In this document: positions 15,703 through 26,548 of the stretch, one piece after another
How positions within the stretch are numbered: the stretch's first letter is position 1
How the letters are laid out: each line of letters opens with the position of its first letter
Source of the DNA: the human T2T-CHM13v2.0 reference genome, Homo sapiens
Direction: 5' to 3' (one strand)
DNA length: 64,000 nucleotides
NCBI RefSeq assembly: GCF_009914755.1
Contig: NC_060935.1
The notes under the pieces: model-generated
Database searches by the model: none
What the model was told of the DNA's origin: nothing
Seen by the model: only the letters and a program-made list of their open reading frames with translations
Translations under genes and position numbers: made by a program

Positions 15703-16264
15703 TTTGCATTCTTACGGCATTCAGACACCAGATTACAAATTCCAGCTCTGCCATTTACGAGCAAGGAGGCTTCCGACAGTCCCTTAACCTCCATGTGTGG
15801 ATGCTGATACTAGGCACTTCGCAGGATAGCTGGGAAACCTGATAGTATCTGCTGAGGGACTTCTAAGCTCATTTCTTTGTGAGCCTACCTGCCCAACGGG
15901 AATGCCGATTATGATAATGAAGATAATGTCCGCTCTTCATCTCCCTAGGCTGATTAAGAACAAACTGAAACTGAATGGAAAACGGATTTGTGGTCTGTAG
16001 CAGCTTACACAGAAAGAAGGGATAATTCTATTAGCCCTTTATTTTAACCAAAGAGCCTTCCCAGCATTTAATCCATGAGTTCCTCCTTACTGTGGGGGGT
16101 GGGGTAGGGGAGGGAGGTAAGTTTCCTTAGCCACGTGTCCCTGATGGGAGCACAACCCTAGTTCTGGGTCACTTGTCTGTCCCATTCAGTTTCTAACCCA
16201 AGGCCTGGCACACAGTAGGTGCTCAGTAACATGCATTGAGTGACTGGGCGGTGCTTTCTGACAG

Positions 16265-16330
16265 CTTCCCGGAGTTTGCACAATCTGTCCACTCCCGAAG
16301 TCCCTGCAAGTGTTCAGACAGTCACTATAG
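16265..16330 (+). CDS. CD6: CD6 exon 6 (66 nt), stalk
   Basis: Acceptor ctgacAG, donor GTaagt. (A)SRSLHNLSTPEVPASVQTVTI. Confidence 0.96.
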   Translation, partial: LPGVCTICPLPKSLQVFRQSL

Positions 16331-16373
16331 GTAAGTGTTGCTGGGTACTACGCGGTTTCTCAGAAGCTTGGAC

Positions 16374-16399
16374 GTGTGTGTGTGTGTGTGTGTGTGTGT
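16374..16399. repeat. (TG)n microsatellite ~45 nt downstream of the exon 6 donor
   Basis: Direct observation. Confidence 0.95.
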
Positions 16400-17678
16400 T
16401 CCTGTGCACACCTGTGTTGGGGTGGAGGATGGTTTGGTCCTCATCCTCCACCTCCAGCCAATGGACTTGCCTCCCCGGGGCTCTCTGGGTGGCATTTCTG
16501 CTCCTTCTACATCCCCTCCTTGCCAAGTCAGCCCATAGATCACTGAGTCCTGATACTTCCTGGACAGAAGTCCATTCCCCCACTTTCCTGTGAGCTGCTG
16601 GAGGGCAGAAGGAAAGAGCTGGAGAGAGCTGATACCACCTCAAGCAGGGGTCAGGGTCGGGGCAGCAGGGGGAGGGTGATCTTGGCCCAGCTGGGTAGCG
16701 GGAATGCCAGCACACAGCCCTGTGTTCATAACCGGCCAGACACTGGGCCTAGGGCTTTATAGCCATTATTTCCCAACCCTTTAATCCTCTTGGTAGCCAA
16801 ATGGGAGAGGTCTTATTATAACCCTTACATCAAGAAAGGAGCTGAGGCTCCGAGGCTGAAGTCACAGCTAGAGATTGCTGGCCAGAACTGACAACCAAGG
16901 CTCTGAATTCCAGATCCATTCTTGGTCTACCCACCAGCTGCGTGTAGCTTGGCTGGCATCAGAGCAGACTCCCAGGACTCAACTCCCAGCTGTGCCTCTT
17001 GCTAGCTGTGCCCTGTTGGGCAACTCGGAACCTCTCTGAGCCTCAGACACCTCAATTATAAAATGGGGGTGATAAGCATACAGTACTTTCTCCTAGCATT
17101 GCTGTGAGGCTCCAGTGAATTAATTTTTGTAAAGCACTTAGAACAGAGCCTCAAAGACAGTAAGAACTGTCCGAAAGTCTGCTGTTGCTATGAGTATTTA
17201 GTTCAGGCATTGAGCCCCTTTGCAGTCCTGGGATACCCACAGGACTCCCTTGCTCTGCCTCCTAGCTCTCTGTCATCTTCTCTCAGACACCCAGAAGCAG
17301 TGAACAGGGGTTTGGGGAGAGGGCACAGAGGCCTTAGCCATAGATGACAGCACAGAGAGGAAATGAAATGTACAACTGCACAGGCTGCCGGGCAAGCTCC
17401 TGCCAGGCCCCGCAGGCAACCTGCACACGCTTTCTCTTCCTGAGGTTGGAGTGGGGATCCACGCCATCCTGGAAGGGCAAAGAGTGAAGCACAAAGAGAG
17501 ATCCAGGGACCACACCCCGGCCCTTGGTCCATCAGCCCCTCCCTCAGCCACGGCCCTCTGTACCCACATTCACGGGTCTCCCCATGGCCGCAACACCCAG
17601 CCTCACTCTCACATCTGCTTCCTGCTGCCAGATCCAGCTCCCATCCTGGCCCAAACTTCCCCATTTGCAGACAGAGAG

Positions 17679-17730
17679 GGGAGAGGAGAAAATGAAGACG
17701 GGGAGAGGAGAAAATGAAGACAGGGAGAGG
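17679..17730. repeat. 22-bp tandem repeat, 2.4 copies (gggagaggagaaaatgaagacR)
   Basis: Copies at 17679-17700 and 17701-17722, partial copy at 17723-17730. Confidence 0.9.
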
Positions 17731-18617
17731 GTTCTCTCCCAGGGGAAGCAGACTCTGCCCCCAGCAAAGAGGTCTGGATGATCTCATCTCCCTCCCCGTT
17801 GCTGTCACTACTAGTCATCTAGCCCTGTGGTCTGCTCACTCCAGGAACCCTCCTCACTGACCCCTGTATCCATTCTTGTGCTTCACATTCTTTTAAGCAG
17901 AGGGGAGGCTGAGGGAGGGGGAGGGCAAGAAGTCACCCCTGAGTGGGGCTGCAGAGGTGGGAGACCCTGAATCCCAGACCCCACTCCCGTCCTCATGGAG
18001 GGGATGTCTGGTGGGAAGGAGGGGGGACTCAGGCACAGCTCTTCTGATGGTCTGTTCACTGCCAGAGGTGGCTCAGAGTCACTGTCTCTGGGAAGTCAGC
18101 GTTGGTCTTCCCTCACAGAGAATGAAGTGCCTTTTGTAGGGCCTCATGCCCCCAGTGTCGCTGTTCAAACCTCCATCACAGCGGGTGCCTCATCATACTG
18201 GACTGGGTTACTTATTGATCTCTCCGCTAGACAAAGCCCCTCAAGGCCTGTGATACTGTTGTCTTATGTGTAGCCCCAGGGTCTAGGGCCAGGCACACAG
18301 CGGGTACTCAATAGTTGTCTATTGAACAAAGACTACATACTGAAGAGCTAGCAGACAGATAGATCTCTGCAGCCTGGTGGCCAGAGTTCTATTTCAGGCA
18401 GTAATTCATTTAATCAATTGCTCATGCATTCAATATGCATTTATTGAGCGCCTAATATACACCACACACTTAAAAGCAATGAGAAAATTGGAAAAAGGAA
18501 GCAAGGAGGAAGATAACATAAAAAGGGAAGCAGGTCAGCTTTACAGAGAATGGAAAGGCAAGAAGAAGGGTGAGTGCCCATTCCTCTTTCTTCCTGAATT
18601 GGAATTCTTGTTTCCAG

Positions 18618-18758
18618 AATCTTCTGTGACAGTGAAAATAGAGAACAAGGAATCTCGGGAGCTAATGCTCCTCATCCCCTCCATCGTTCTGGGAATTCTC
18701 CTCCTTGGCTCCCTCATCTTCATAGCCTTCATCCTCTTGAGAATTAAAGGAAAATATG
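18618..18758 (+). CDS. CD6: CD6 exon 7 (141 nt), stalk end and transmembrane helix
   Basis: Acceptor tttccAG, donor GTaagt. Hydrophobic [26 protein letters not shown] followed by basic RIKGK. Confidence 0.97.
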
Positions 18759-19113
18759 GTAAGTGCAAGGTTCTGGGAGCCATGGCCATCCCAGGGGGAT
18801 GTGAGCCTTGGCAGAACCCCAGCAGCAGTGGCGTGGTCCAGCAATGACCACCCGGCCCTGGCCCTGGGGAGATCCCCAAGGTGGAAAGGATTTTCCCAGC
18901 ATGCCCAGCAGTCATGGACGCACCAGCGGGGAGAACCAGACTGTGCATGTGTGTGTGTGCCTGTGTTTGTGTGTGTGTTTGTGCGCGCGCACATGTGCCT
19001 GCAAGTGTTGGGGGAATGAGGAGGGTGGTGTGTCGATGAGAACAGAACGGAACCAGGTAGACTGGGAGAGGGCAAAAAAATGACTTGTAGAATTTCTGCC
19101 TCCCCTCCCTCAG

Positions 19114-19209
19114 CCCTCCCCGTAATGGTGAACCACCAGCACCTACCCACCACCATCCCGGCAGGGAGCAATAGCTATCAACCGGTCCCCATCACCATCC
19201 CCAAAGAAG
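19114..19209 (+). CDS. CD6: CD6 exon 8 (96 nt), cytoplasmic
   Basis: Acceptor ccctcAG, donor GTagga. (A)[31 protein letters not shown]. Confidence 0.96.
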
Positions 19210-19613
19210 GTAGGATGTCCCCCATCCTGGGTGTGGGAGGGCTGGGGAGGACAAGAAGGGTGAGCTTTCTGGAAGGTCAGCACCACTTAGGTCCAAGACG
19301 TACACACAGCTGGAGATGAGATCTGGGCCAGCCCACTCCCGGCCCTGGGACCTTGAGCAGGCTCAAGTCGTCCCTGGACATTGAAGGGCAGATGACCTTC
19401 CAGTTCAGTCATGCTAGGACTCTATAGAGTTTTGAGTTCTGGACAAATACAGGCAAAGCACGTTTTAGATCTTGGTTCTCAGAGGAAAGCTCTGTTCTGC
19501 TTTGCTCTGCTAGTTGGCTAGTAGGCTTGTGATATCATCATCCCTATCAATGTCCTGCCCAATTGGCCTTGCGAAGCCCCATCAAGATTCTCCTAGAATG
19601 TGGTTTTATTTCA

Positions 19614-19956
<343 letters not shown>

Positions 19957-20479
19957 TCATTCATCCTTTATGATATATGGATTTATACCTCTTGCAGAGG
20001 AATTTGAGCTTAATCACCTTGCATTATGAATGTATTCAATCACCTTTATCGGAAAGAGTTCAATGACATAAAAACCAATACAAAACTCAGCCAAATATTA
20101 TAAATATCCTTTGCACAGAGAGTCCATATATATGAAAAGAGAATGTGAATACAGCATCTAGCATAAGGCTTAGCATAAGGCAGCTGCTCACTGAATAGCA
20201 CAGTCTAGAGGTTTAGAGCCAGACTGCCGGCTCTGGGCCAGGTAAGAACCTGTCTGTGCCTCAGTTCCCTCCAAGGCAAAATGGGGATAATAATGTACCC
20301 ACTTCACAGAGTTATCATGAGGGTTAAATGAGGTAATACTTGTAAGTGTTAGAATAATGCCTCACATATAGTAAGTGCTGTGTTAAGCGTTTGCTAAATA
20401 AATGTTTAGTTCTCCATATTGGAAATGAACGAAGGCAGCCTAGAAACTTCAGACTGGGTGGCTTGTACAAGATGGGCTA

Positions 20480-20833
<354 letters not shown>

Positions 20834-20907
20834 TCATACTCTACCATCTCTCCCTACGCCTTTCCGCCCACCACTTTGCCATGCCCTCGACTCTGTTCTC
20901 TCCCCAG

Positions 20908-21030
20908 TTTTCATGCTGCCCATCCAGGTCCAGGCCCCGCCCCCTGAGGACTCAGACTCTGGCTCGGACTCAGACTATGAGCACTATGACTTCAGCGCCC
21001 AGCCTCCTGTGGCCCTGACCACCTTCTACA
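20908..21030 (+). CDS. CD6: CD6 exon 9 (123 nt), cytoplasmic, acidic Ser/Tyr cluster
   Basis: Acceptor tccccAG, donor GTgagt. (V)[40 protein letters not shown]. Confidence 0.97.
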
Positions 21031-22670
21031 GTGAGTGCCTGGCCGGGCTCCCGAGGGCCCACCTACCTGAATCTGGGAGGGGGCCCCGAGGGGACCGTCA
21101 GGTCAGTAGTCCCACCTAGTAACCCCTGCATGATGCAGACAGAATCCCCCTGGTTACCCACTGGATTGACTGTAAATGGTCCTACACTGACGTTTGCACC
21201 GTGCTTTGTGACCCTGGGGTCATCTCGATGTCTCAGGACATCTCCACTCTGACCTCTGTCTCTCCCATGTTTGTCTCTGGCCACGTAAGGTCTTAAGACC
21301 AGGCCTTTGACATTCACCTGAAGATGGCTCTCTGTGTGAGAGCGGGGGAGTGCGGATGAGAGACACAGTTGGCAGGGGTTCTCGCATGCCATATCCCTCC
21401 GTGTCCCATCCTGCCCTGTCTGACCCCATCAGCCCCACTCACTTCCTCACCTCCACGCTCTTGCCAGCTTGTGCCTCATAGCCAGCTCTTTTCATTGCCT
21501 TCTGGGGATAGGAAGAGGAAAGATAACGCTGAAGGCAGTTCCCTGGCAATGCTGGGAGGTTGGAATAGACCAGAGCGTCCCACACCTTATTGTGGAATCA
21601 CTTGGGAGCTTGTCAAAAATTCCTGAGCCCCTCCCCACACCTAATGTTATCAGTCAGGATGAGAATTTGGCTGTGTGTGACAGAAAGCTCCAAATGACAG
21701 TGTCTTGAGAGGTTGGCAGGGGCCCAGGCCCCTTCTTTCTTGCTGCTGTGCAGTCCCTAAGATGTTGCCTTCATCTACATGGTCCAGAATGGCTCACCTC
21801 CATGTCCACATTCCAGGCAAGGGCAAGGGAACGATGGGATGCTGGAGATGGCCACAGATTCCCGCTCACAACCCAGCACCCAGAACGAAAACCCACTAGC
21901 TGCAAGAGAGGCAGGGAAACGAAGGCTCTGTCCTGGGCAGCTGTGTCCAGATAAAAGCCAGAATGGATATTGGGGAACAGACAGCCGTCCCTGCCCCGCC
22001 TGCTAACCCAGGGCTTCTGGGGGTGGGACACGGATGATTCCACTTCTTCTGGCCTGTGGACCAGTGTTTGGGCGCCACAGGGATGAAGTGTCTGTCGAAC
22101 CTGAGATTCCGAGCCCAGGCATATAAGATGCAAGACTGAGAGTCCACAGTGCTATAACATTGAAATTAAAAGTCAGTGGTACCCGGTTCAAAAGAGCTGA
22201 CTCCAAGATCCCAGACACTCATATCCTCAAGACTCTATAAATCTCTGATTCTGAAACGTGAAGGTGCCACAGAGCCTGTGATGCAGTGATTCCAGACCAT
22301 CTGGGTTTCACTCTAGGAAGGCTTCTTGAAGGAGCAAACATCTGTCCTCCTGCCCAGAGCTGCCAGGTCACAAGGACAGAACCAAGACTCTTGATACCTC
22401 TCTAAGTAGCAGGAGGGACAGCTGGGGCTGGGGGCTGGGGGGTTGTAGGGCACTAGAGTTTCTGTCCCCAGGCTAGATTAAGGCGAAGGCTCTGCTGGAT
22501 TGGGATATGAACCTGGAATTTGATGGGAAATGCTAAGCCCTCTCTGCCTCCGGAGTTGTCCTCCCACCCTATTCAGCCTACCCAGGCCCCGGGAAATCCA
22601 GCCTCTTCTCCAGGCTCCTAAATGATGAGGTTGAGCCTTCACCCCTCCCCACCGCCGCCTCTGCTTGCAG

Positions 22671-22742
22671 ATTCCCAGCGGCATCGGGTCACAGATGAGG
22701 AGGTCCAGCAAAGCAGGTTCCAGATGCCACCCTTGGAGGAAG
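22671..22742 (+). CDS. CD6: CD6 exon 10 (72 nt), cytoplasmic
   Basis: Acceptor cttgcAG, donor GTgagt. (N)[23 protein letters not shown]. The ORF track misses this exon. Confidence 0.96.
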
Positions 22743-22950
22743 GTGAGTCAGGATGGGGAGGGGTGTGAATGGCAGTCCCACCTCCAGAGAGTAGCTCAGC
22801 TCAGCTTGAGACCTTCCAGCAGGAACCTCCCTCAATGAGTCTTTCCTGACTTTCACAAATCCTATAGGCAGTAAGTGCTTTCTGAAGTCTGACTTAAAGC
22901 CCTCTTGCTGCACTGCTTCTTTCGTCACCATTCTCCCTTTCCTGCCTTAG

Positions 22951-23205
22951 GACTTGAAGAGTTGCATGCCTCCCACATCCCAACTGCCAACCCTGGACAC
23001 TGCATTACAGACCCGCCATCCCTGGGCCCTCAGTATCACCCGAGGAGCAACAGTGAGTCGAGCACCTCTTCGGGGGAGGATTACTGCAATAGTCCCAAAA
23101 GCAAGCTGCCTCCATGGAACCCCCAGGTGTTTTCTTCAGAGAGGAGTTCCTTCCTGGAGCAGCCCCCAAACTTGGAGCTGGCTGGCACCCAGCCAGCCTT
23201 TTCAG
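22951..23205 (+). CDS. CD6: CD6 exon 11 (255 nt), cytoplasmic
   Basis: Acceptor gccttAG, donor GTaagc. (G)[17 protein letters not shown]...[11 protein letters not shown]. Codon 606 is GGC (Gly) at 23184-86. Confidence 0.97.
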
Positions 23206-23480
23206 GTAAGCTGTGCCTCCCCCAAACCCCCATCCCATAGCCAGCCTGGCTGGAGGAGGCATAAAGCTGGGAGCCCTGAGTCAGGCTGAGGTCAGGATTC
23301 TACCCAGTTCCGCAGCCATTCGCTGTGTGCCCTTGGACACATCTCCCATCTCTGGGCCTTCACTTTGTCATTTGCCAAGCTAGGGACTTGGCTCTCGTGA
23401 GTCACGTGGGCCCCCCAGCTCTGGCAACTTGAGAAGTGGCTGTGTGCTGGCAGAGGGTGACTGGTTCTGGGGGTTTCCAG

Positions 23481-23585
23481 CAGGGCCCCCGGCTGATGAC
23501 AGCTCCAGCACCTCATCCGGGGAGTGGTACCAGAACTTCCAGCCACCACCCCAGCCCCCTTCGGAGGAGCAGTTTGGCTGTCCAG
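23481..23585 (+). CDS. CD6: CD6 exon 12 (105 nt), cytoplasmic, includes Y629 (YQNF, GADS-binding motif)
   Basis: Acceptor tttccAG (tandem CAGCAG), donor GTgcca. (A)[37 protein letters not shown] at 23528-30 is codon 629. Confidence 0.95.
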
Positions 23586-23738
23586 GTGCCAATATCTGGG
23601 GAAGGGATGTGGGAGGGGGACAGAGAGGGACTGGGGAGTAAATGAGTGGGGAACTATTGGATGCATTCGCTCAAGGGGAAAAGGAGAAAGGAAGGGTAAA
23701 AGAAGAGAGGGAAAGTAACTTTTTAAAAAACAAAGCAA

Positions 23739-24045
23739 GGCCAGGCATGGTAGCTCAAGCCTGTAATCCCAGCACAAGGCAGGAGGATTGCTTGAGGCCA
23801 GGAATTTACGACTAGCCCCGGGAACACAGCAAGACCAGTCTCTACAAAACTAAAAACTAAATATTAGCCAAGGGTAGTAGCACGTGCCTATAGTCCCAGC
23901 TCCTCAGGAGGCTGAGGTGGGAGGATCGTGTGAGCCCAGGAGATCCAGGCTGCAGTGAGCTATGATCGTATCACTGTGTATCATGCCCCTGCAGGGTCAG
24001 AGCAAGACCCTCTTTCTACAAGAAAACAAACACAAGCACAACAAG
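23739..24045 (+). mobile_element. Alu (AluJ-like, diverged) in intron 12
   Basis: Alu consensus with a small left-arm deletion. Confidence 0.9.
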
Positions 24046-24448
24046 AATATGAAGAGGTGGGGAAAATGGATGTGGACGGGATGGAGAAATAGTCAAACAG
24101 GTTGCTTTGATAAGAAGTGAGCTCCCTGTCAGTGGAGGCATTCAAGCAGAAGCAGCTGGTTGGCTCCTTGGGGGAGACTGTGGTAGCAGAGGGGCTCCCA
24201 ACATTCAATCGTCCACCGTGTCGTGCAGTGTGCCATTGTGGAGACCATAGCCCTGAACCAGACAGACGAGGCTATTCCCTCAGTGCTGATGTTCTAGTCA
24301 GGGACATGGCCGGAAGCAAGATGATCAGATGGCTTCATGCAGCATCCCACGGGGATAGTGATGTGGAGCCAGAACCACTCAGCTCCGTCCTGTGGGGCAG
24401 CAGGGCAATGACTGGGTCTCCCACTAATCTGGGCCTCTCTGCCCACAG

Positions 24449-24513
24449 GGTCCCCCAGCCCTCAGCCTGACTCCACCGACAACGATGACTACGATGACAT
24501 CAGCGCAGCCTAG
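24449..24513 (+). CDS. CD6: CD6 exon 13 coding part, includes Y662 (YDDI, SLP-76-binding motif) and stop
   Basis: Acceptor cccacAG. (G)SPSPQPDSTDNDDYDDISAA then TAG at 24511-13. TAC at 24490-92 is codon 662. Confidence 0.97.
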
Positions 24514-25575
24514 GCCGGGGCCAGCCGAGGCTCCTGGGGTGGCTCTGACCCTCTGGCCTCCTGCTCTACCTACTCCCTTTCCCCTTTCCCACCCTCCCAG
24601 CTCACCTCCCCATGGAGCTGAGAGGCCTCCCTTGGAGAGATGGAAGGAAACGTTATACCTTGTACCCCTCGGTCTCCATCCATCAAGCCAAACCTGCTGC
24701 CACAGCCCTCCCCCGGCCCCAGATAGCAGCCCCAGGGAGGATGCTGCCTCCAAGAGGTGTGAGCCCTCTGTCTCGGGGATGAACAAGCAGAGTCTGGGCT
24801 ACCTCTTGACAGCTGGTGGAGGGGAGTTGGGGAGCTGGACTGGATGACTCTGGAGGCCCCTTCCAAACCTCAAGTGTCCGGCGCTTTGATTGCCTGAGTT
24901 TCTGACACTTCAGGGCCCAGAGGTCCTGCGAGGGGCAGAACTGGACCCCCATGCCAGTGCTGCTGCAGGAGGGCCCATATACTAGGGTCTGCTGAGCTGT
25001 TGTCACTGATCGGTGGGCGCTGGGGGGGTAGGGTAGCACACCAGCTGTCCCAGGCTTTGCTCCGGGCGGTAACTGCACTTGGGCAGGGAATATAGCCTTC
25101 CTGGGCACAACTAGCTGACAATGACAGGTTGACTGTGTACCCCCAACCAAGGAGCTGGGGCCCAAGGCCAGTCCTGCCCCAGAGACACTCCAAGTCCGCC
25201 AGGGGCACAGACCAGTTCTGCAGTGACTGTCCCTGGACAATGGGTCTTTATTCTGAGTTTCCTATGGTTTACAAAGAGGGCCCCAGCCCAGCCCCACCAC
25301 AGATCCCAGAGATAGGGGCCCAGTCTCCATGGGGGCAAGGAGCATAGAGATGTTTTCCAGGAAGGGGCTCAGAAGCTGCACTAGGCCCCGAGTCCCCATG
25401 TGTCTCCTTGAATTGATGAGGATGCTCCTGGGAGGGATGCGTGACTATGTGGTGTTGCACCCGGGGCTGCAAACGTCTCCGTGCAGCCCCCAGAGAGAGG
25501 CCCATGGGCTCAGACCAGGCTTTGTTGTCCTGCTCTGAGTATCCTGAGATTAAACTGAATTGCTGAATGAAACCA
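24514..25575 (+). other. CD6: CD6 3' UTR (~1.06 kb; end approximate)
   Basis: Repeat-free sequence between the stop codon and the first polyA-signal hexamer I found downstream. Confidence 0.8.
25549..25554 (+). terminator. CD6 polyadenylation signal ATTAAA with downstream GU-rich tract
   Basis: ATTAAA at 25549-54, with a TG-rich tract at ~25622-25678 downstream of the expected cleavage zone. Confidence 0.8.
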
Positions 25576-25621
25576 GGGCGTGGAATGACAATTTCTTAAA
25601 CCTCATAGAACCCAGGCTGCA

Positions 25622-25678
25622 TGTGTGTGTGCACGTGTGTGTGGCATGTATGTGCATGTGTGTGTGTGTGTGTGTGTG
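25622..25678. repeat. (TG)n-rich simple repeat
   Basis: Direct observation. A second (TG)n lies at ~26106-26142. Confidence 0.9.
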
Positions 25679-25682
25679 GCAT

Positions 25683-26100
25683 ATGTTGGATACAAATGAG
25701 ACAAAGAGTTGAGCTCAAATCTTTTATTTGGGAAGTAATCCCAGGGAGCAGCAGTAAGAAAATGAGGAAGAAAGAGGGGGAAGGAAGGAAGACAATGTTC
25801 ATGAACAGGTTGCTATTATGGGCAGCCAGAGCTCAATGGTGCTGGGGACCTCTGGGAGACACACCTCAGAATTGTCCCACCAAGGGGGCAGGGAGCTGGG
25901 ATATTGACCCACCCTCTCTGCCTGTCATTGGTTGAGGAGACATTAACCCCCAGCCCCAGCACTACCGAGCGGCCTGTGAGTGAGCTGGGCACACGCTGTG
26001 TCGGGAGAAGCCACAGGCAGAGGGTCAGAGGCACATGCTATAAGGAACCATCTTCCATGGGAATGGTCCAGGAAAAGCACCAACAGCAACTGCTCCATGT
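25683..26100. mobile_element. Old ERVL LTR fragment (LTR16-like)
   Basis: tttatttgggaagtaatcccagggagcagcagtaag...ggaaggaaggaagacaat resembles LTR16-family sequence. Confidence 0.5.
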
Positions 26101-26254
26101 TCAGAGTGTGTGTGTGTGTGTGTGCATGTGTGTGTGTGCGTGTCAGGGAGAAGTCAGGTTGTGGCAATGGTGGGGGCAACTCTATCTGTTTAGGAGGAAA
26201 TGCTAGGGAACTGGAAAACCCACGGTGGCTCAGCACCATAAAAAACACTGGGGA

Positions 26255-26548
26255 GGCCGGGCACCGTGGCTCACGCCTGTAATCTCAGCATTTTGGGAGG
26301 CCAAGGCAGGAGGATCACTTTAGCCCAGAAGTTCGAGACCAGCCTGGGCAACATAGTGAGACCCTGTCTCTACCGAAAAAAAAAATTGAAAATCATCCAG
26401 GTATGGTGGTGCACACCTGTAGTCCCAGCTACTTGGGAGGCTGAAGCAGGGAGGTCGCTTGAGCCCAGGAATTTGAGGCTGCAGTGAGCCATGAATGATC
26501 ACATCACTGCACTCCAGCCTGGGTGAGAGTGAGACTCTATCTCAAAAA
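26255..26548 (+). mobile_element. Alu (AluJ-like)
   Basis: Consensus, flanking aacactgggga duplication. Confidence 0.93.
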
